Source of the DNA: an uncultured Calditrichaceae bacterium
GTDB lineage: Bacteria > Calditrichota > Calditrichia > Calditrichales > Calditrichaceae
Reading direction: 5' to 3'
NCBI GenBank assembly: GCA_964424545.1
Contig: CAYRJN010000001.1
Span: 1 to 59,421, forward strand
DNA length: 59,421 nucleotides
The notes under the pieces were generated by a model that was not told the origin of the DNA, ran no database searches, and saw only the letters and a program-made list of their open reading frames with translations. A program made the position numbers and the translations under genes. Below, piece by piece: positions 55,771 through 59,421 of this stretch. How positions within the stretch are numbered: the stretch's first letter is position 1; every line of letters begins with the position of its first letter.

Positions 55771-56661
55771 ATGAATAAGAAACGTTTTTTATTGTCATTA
55801 TTGATGATTTTTACGCTGCTCGCGACGGTTTCTATAGGGCAGGTAATGAAAAACGGCGCTAAGCTCGGCGCATGGACGATGGATTATGATGCCGCCGTTA
55901 AATTGGCCAAATCCAAGAATCTTCCCCTGTTTTTGAATTTTACCGGTTCCGATTGGTGCGTTTGGTGTAAATTAATGCAGGAAAAAGTTTTCAGTCAAAA
56001 AGAGTGGCAAGATTACGCCAAAAAAAATCTGGTTCTGGTAACGCTCGATTTTCCGAAGGATCAAAGCATTGTGCCCGATAAATACAAAGAACGTAATCAA
56101 TCGCTGCAAATGGAGATGGGCGTGCGCGGTTATCCCACGTTCATTTTATTGGATTCCGACGGCAAAAGCAAATTAGGTCAGCTCGGCGCGGCGCAGGATA
56201 TCACGCCGCAAAAGTTTATCGATCAAATAAAACAGACGTTAAAAACAAGTTCGGCTTCTATTAACCGATTTGCCAAAACCTTATCCGCCAAACAGGGCAA
56301 GGCTTATAAAAAATATTGGGCGGCATTGAAAAAAACGCAGAATGAACGCGACGCCTGGTTGGCGACAAATCCGCAGCAGAGCGAAGTAAATTTAAAAAAG
56401 TTTGATGAATTCAATACAAAAATATCCGATTATCAGAAAAAAATACGCGATATTGAAGTTAATAAATATATGAAAAAATTATCCAAAGCCGATGCTGCCA
56501 AATATCGCGAGCTTAATAAAAAATTGGACAAGGTCCAAAAAGAGTTAGAAGCCTGGCTGGCGACCAGGCCGGAGCGCACAGAGGAAAATACGAATAAGTT
56601 TATGACTTATCAGAGCGATATTAAACAGATCAGCGATCAGATCCGCAGTTTTGAAAATTAA
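55771..56661 (+). CDS. secreted thioredoxin-fold protein (CxxC) with repeated coiled-coil C-terminal region
   Basis: Signal peptide. LFLNFTGSDWCVWCKLM (WCxWC redox motif) and GVRGYPTFILLD. The C-terminus has two copies of (D/E)AWLAT.P...E.N..KF... Confidence 0.75.
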   Translation: MNKKRFLLSLLMIFTLLATVSIGQVMKNGAKLGAWTMDYDAAVKLAKSKNLPLFLNFTGSDWCVWCKLMQEKVFSQKEWQDYAKKNLVLVTLDFPKDQSIVPDKYKERNQSLQMEMGVRGYPTFILLDSDGKSKLGQLGAAQDITPQKFIDQIKQTLKTSSASINRFAKTLSAKQGKAYKKYWAALKKTQNERDAWLATNPQQSEVNLKKFDEFNTKISDYQKKIRDIEVNKYMKKLSKADAAKYRELNKKLDKVQKELEAWLATRPERTEENTNKFMTYQSDIKQISDQIRSFEN

Positions 56662-56812
56662 AATATTTTTATTGCATTGCCCTGCGCTTTTGATTATTAT
56701 AGGAAAACAGTTATAAATAAACTATGGAAAGTTATAGCGGGCGCATGTTATAAAACTCGTTTTAATGTAGCTGACCAAAAGGGAATGTATTAAGAAAAAG
56801 AGGGGGCGTTTT

Positions 56813-57244
56813 ATGTCACTGCCGACAGTAAGAGATTTTATGGATAAAACGTATGTTACGTTAAGTTCTGAAATGGATGTTTATAAGGCGATTGATGTTT
56901 TGCTGGATAAAGGTTTAACCAGCGCGGTTGTGGTAGAAAGCGATAATAAAATAGTCGGCATTCTATCGGAAAAAGATTGTTTAAAACTGTTGACTTCGGG
57001 CACATATCACGAACTGCCTGGCGGGACGGTTGCCGACTTTATGACTAAAGACGTTGTAACGACTCCACCGACTATGGATGTTTTTCATGTGGCCGAACTG
57101 TTCCTTACTCATTTTTTCAGAAGAGTGGTTATTGCCGACGAAAATAACAGGATGATCGGGCAGATTACGCGACGGGATCTTTTGCGCGTGATAAAAAAGT
57201 TTAAAAAAGAAGAATCAAAGAAAAAGATTGCGCCTATTTTGTAA
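56813..57244 (+). CDS. CBS domain pair protein
   Basis: Two CBS-like units (VRDFMDKTYVTLS...VGILSEKD; ADFMTKDVVTT...IGQITRRDLL). 143 aa. Confidence 0.8.
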   Translation: MSLPTVRDFMDKTYVTLSSEMDVYKAIDVLLDKGLTSAVVVESDNKIVGILSEKDCLKLLTSGTYHELPGGTVADFMTKDVVTTPPTMDVFHVAELFLTHFFRRVVIADENNRMIGQITRRDLLRVIKKFKKEESKKKIAPIL

Positions 57245-57375
57245 AGTAGGTATTACAAAAATCGTATGAATACGCATTGCAATATTTTATCGCCCGAGTC
57301 GTATATTATATTAATTGATTTGTGCGACGATGTTCCAATTAAATAATTTGTAGTAATATCAAATTGAAAATAAGC

Positions 57376-57418
57376 AAATGATTTGTTCTCGCCGATAGAG
57401 GGCAAATCATTTTTTTTT
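57376..57418 (+). terminator. rho-independent terminator
   Basis: Perfect 10-bp stem aaatgatttg-17 nt-caaatcattt running into a T-run (tttttttt). Confidence 0.7.
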
Positions 57419-57435
57419 ACCGAAAGGGGAGGAGA

Positions 57436-59421
57436 ATGCGTAGCGTTTTACTATTCATAACGGTTGTCTTGTTTATATCGCATGCAATCGCCGCAGATTG
57501 GTATCGAATAGAGGGAAAATACGCTTCTGTTGAATTTACGGAAGGATACGAAAGCACAGCGGACTCGATCCTTAAAATTGCGGAATTAGCCCTGCCCCGT
57601 TTGGCCGAAATGGTAAACCTGCCCCTTTCCGATGTAAAAAAAGCGCCGGCTCGAATCATCTTGTCCGACGCGATGGATATATCCAACGGTTATTCCATTG
57701 AAAATACGGTCGTTATTTATACGATTTCATCCATGTATCTGCCCATGTGGACGGGCAATATCCCTTGGTATAATCAGGTGTTAACACATGAACTGGCGCA
57801 TTTTATCACTTTTAAAAAATTAAAACGCGGCGGCGATAAAATTTTCGGGCAGATTGGCGCCCTAAACGTCCCGCGCTGGTTTTACGAAGGCGTCGCTCAG
57901 TATTTATCGGAAACCTGGAATACTTTTCGCGGCGATATTTATTTAAGAAACGCCCTGTTAAGCGGAAAATTTAATTTGCAGTCCCTATATAATATTCAGG
58001 ACGGCCGATTGTTGTACGCATCCGGTCACGCCTTTGTTCGCTATCTCGTAACGGAATACGGAGACTCTTCCCTGATCAATTTAATGGATTATGATAAACA
58101 AAGCTGGTTTTATGATTTTAACGTCGCCTTTAAAAAAGTTTATAAAAAAAGCGTCTCAGATATATTCCCGCAATTATATCGCAACTTGGTTATCTATTAC
58201 GGCGATCGCCTTGCCGATTATCCCGTATTGGAATTCGGTCATGACCTTCCCGATTTCGGCGGGCGCATATATCAGCTTACGCCTCTTTCCGCAAGCGATT
58301 CCACCTATTTAATTTCCAGACAAGTCCAATCCAATCAATTATACTTAACGGCTTCAATCGTGCAGATTAAAGATAAAAAGCGGCATACCATTGAATACAT
58401 CGGAAACAATTATAATACGGGTCTAATATTAAGTCCCGATGATAACCTCATTGCCTACGGGCGCTATAATCTGGGCGCTAAGAACGATCAAAACAGTTTG
58501 GATTACCGTTGGTATATTTATGATAGGAGCAAAGCTGCAACGACGGAACTAACAACAGGGGTCAAGGCTAAATACGGCGTTTTTTTAAAAAACAGGCAAT
58601 TAATATTATTGGATGTCCGTGATAGAGAGACCGTGTTTTTGCTATACGATTACGATAAAGGGACGATAAAAACTTTTTACAGCGTAAAAATGCAGGTAGG
58701 CGTACCCGAACGTTCGGCGGACGGCGGTATACTGTTTTCCGCGCAGGACGCTAACGGCCGCAGGGATCTTTATCTTTTAGAAACCGGTAAACTGCGGCGT
58801 CTTACAAACGATATTTACGATAATCGTCGTCCTCTTCAGATTGATAAAGAACATATTTTGTTTAACCGTCTTGTAGATAATAAAGCGCAACTCGCTCTTT
58901 TCGATTTACAAACATCGCGTATAAAAACGCTGGTGGATGCTCAGGACGATTACTGGATTCATGCTTTCGATAAAAGAGCAGATGAAATTATATTGAGTTA
59001 TTTTGATCCGCTTAAAAAAATAGGCTATTTATCCGTTAGCGCGGACAGCCTGCTCATCGCCGCCGTTACGCCGCGCGAATCATTTCATGATAACCGCTAT
59101 GCGCGCTGGACAAAAAAAGAGCCTCAGGCGGCCGATATTTTCTCTTTACCCGATACGGCCATGAACTATCCGAGACCAGAAAATGTCAGACTGCCGCAAT
59201 TTTCAATGATAAATATTATGAACGGTTTTTTGCCCTTATATACCAAAAGCGATGGCTGGGGCGTCGGCGCGGCTACGATTTGGGCGGAAGCCCTGCAACG
59301 TCAGGCCCTTTCGGGCATGGTTGCTTTCTTCGGTACGGGTTGGGAAAATAGTTTCGTATTGCTTAATTCCTTAACGAGAGCGTATAATTCCTTTTTTAGT
59401 CTGGCTTACTATCACGGTCCT
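57436..59421 (+). CDS. 3'-partial CDS: secreted peptidase-MA-like metalloprotease fused to TolB-like beta-propeller region (open at window end)
   Basis: Not in the ORF track because there is no stop codon before the window end. ATG 57436 follows SD aggggaggag, and the frame stays open for 662 codons to 59421. Signal peptide MRSVLLFITVVLFISHAIA. HExxH in LTHELAHF followed by WFYEGVAQYLSE. Repeated propeller-like stretches (SPDDNLIAYGR, DLYLLETGKLRRLTND). Confidence 0.8.
   Translation, partial: MRSVLLFITVVLFISHAIAADWYRIEGKYASVEFTEGYESTADSILKIAELALPRLAEMVNLPLSDVKKAPARIILSDAMDISNGYSIENTVVIYTISSMYLPMWTGNIPWYNQVLTHELAHFITFKKLKRGGDKIFGQIGALNVPRWFYEGVAQYLSETWNTFRGDIYLRNALLSGKFNLQSLYNIQDGRLLYASGHAFVRYLVTEYGDSSLINLMDYDKQSWFYDFNVAFKKVYKKSVSDIFPQLYRNLVIYYGDRLADYPVLEFGHDLPDFGGRIYQLTPLSASDSTYLISRQVQSNQLYLTASIVQIKDKKRHTIEYIGNNYNTGLILSPDDNLIAYGRYNLGAKNDQNSLDYRWYIYDRSKAATTELTTGVKAKYGVFLKNRQLILLDVRDRETVFLLYDYDKGTIKTFYSVKMQVGVPERSADGGILFSAQDANGRRDLYLLETGKLRRLTNDIYDNRRPLQIDKEHILFNRLVDNKAQLALFDLQTSRIKTLVDAQDDYWIHAFDKRADEIILSYFDPLKKIGYLSVSADSLLIAAVTPRESFHDNRYARWTKKEPQAADIFSLPDTAMNYPRPENVRLPQFSMINIMNGFLPLYTKSDGWGVGAATIWAEALQRQALSGMVAFFGTGWENSFVLLNSLTRAYNSFFSLAYYHGP

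Noticed and set aside
57417-58312. Track ORFs 57417-57686 (minus strand) and 58091-58312 (plus strand).
   Set aside because: Both lie inside the 662-codon open-ended + frame starting at 57436, which has a signal peptide and an HExxH protease motif.
1-59421. Search for CRISPR arrays, IS elements or transposases, integrases, reverse transcriptases, toxin-antitoxin pairs, and rRNA or other tRNA genes.
   Set aside because: I found no regularly spaced direct repeats and no recognisable motifs for these functions. Only the single tRNA-Gln could be folded.

Overview
59.4-kb AT-rich window (about 40% GC by eye) that looks like chromosome from an uncultivated FCB-superphylum-type bacterium. Supporting this: a type-A T9SS C-terminal sorting domain, an ExbB-ExbD-ExbD-TonB cluster and a GH13_8-like branching enzyme. 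All family calls come from reading motifs in the supplied translations; no database search was run. I support about 50 CDS, one tRNA-Gln, several rho-independent terminators and a dense family of short palindromic intergenic repeats. Gene content in order: beta-CASP nuclease; tRNA-Gln, bL25, Pth; membrane pyrophosphatase; bS6-bS18-bL9; PriA; a nine-gene sensory operon ending in mglB-mglA; MFS transporter; two peptidases; exbB-exbD-exbD-tonB; lipid kinase, thioesterase, dGTPase-like HD protein, M20 peptidase; ECF sigma/anti-sigma pair; a 2815-aa T9SS cargo protein; ABC-2 ATPase plus orphan permease; SDR; a glycogen cluster with eukaryote-like enzymes (AGL-like debranching enzyme, stand-alone CBM48, GT35 phosphorylase, GT5 synthase, GH13_8 branching enzyme); a small GC-richer island with a nonsense-disrupted gene; rpe; a thioredoxin-fold protein; a CBS protein; and a 3'-open peptidase-MA/beta-propeller ORF that is absent from the ORF track. 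The best candidate for an undescribed system is the 10.0-16.2 kb operon, which wires a kinase, a receiver, PATAN/DUF4388 proteins, extra Roadblock/LC7 proteins and an output-less sensor-HAMP protein to an MglB/MglA small-GTPase switch. Second-tier observations are the mosaic GTCATTC...GGAATC intergenic repeat system, the giant internally duplicated T9SS protein and the eukaryote-style glycogen toolkit. I saw no CRISPR array, transposase, integrase or reverse transcriptase.
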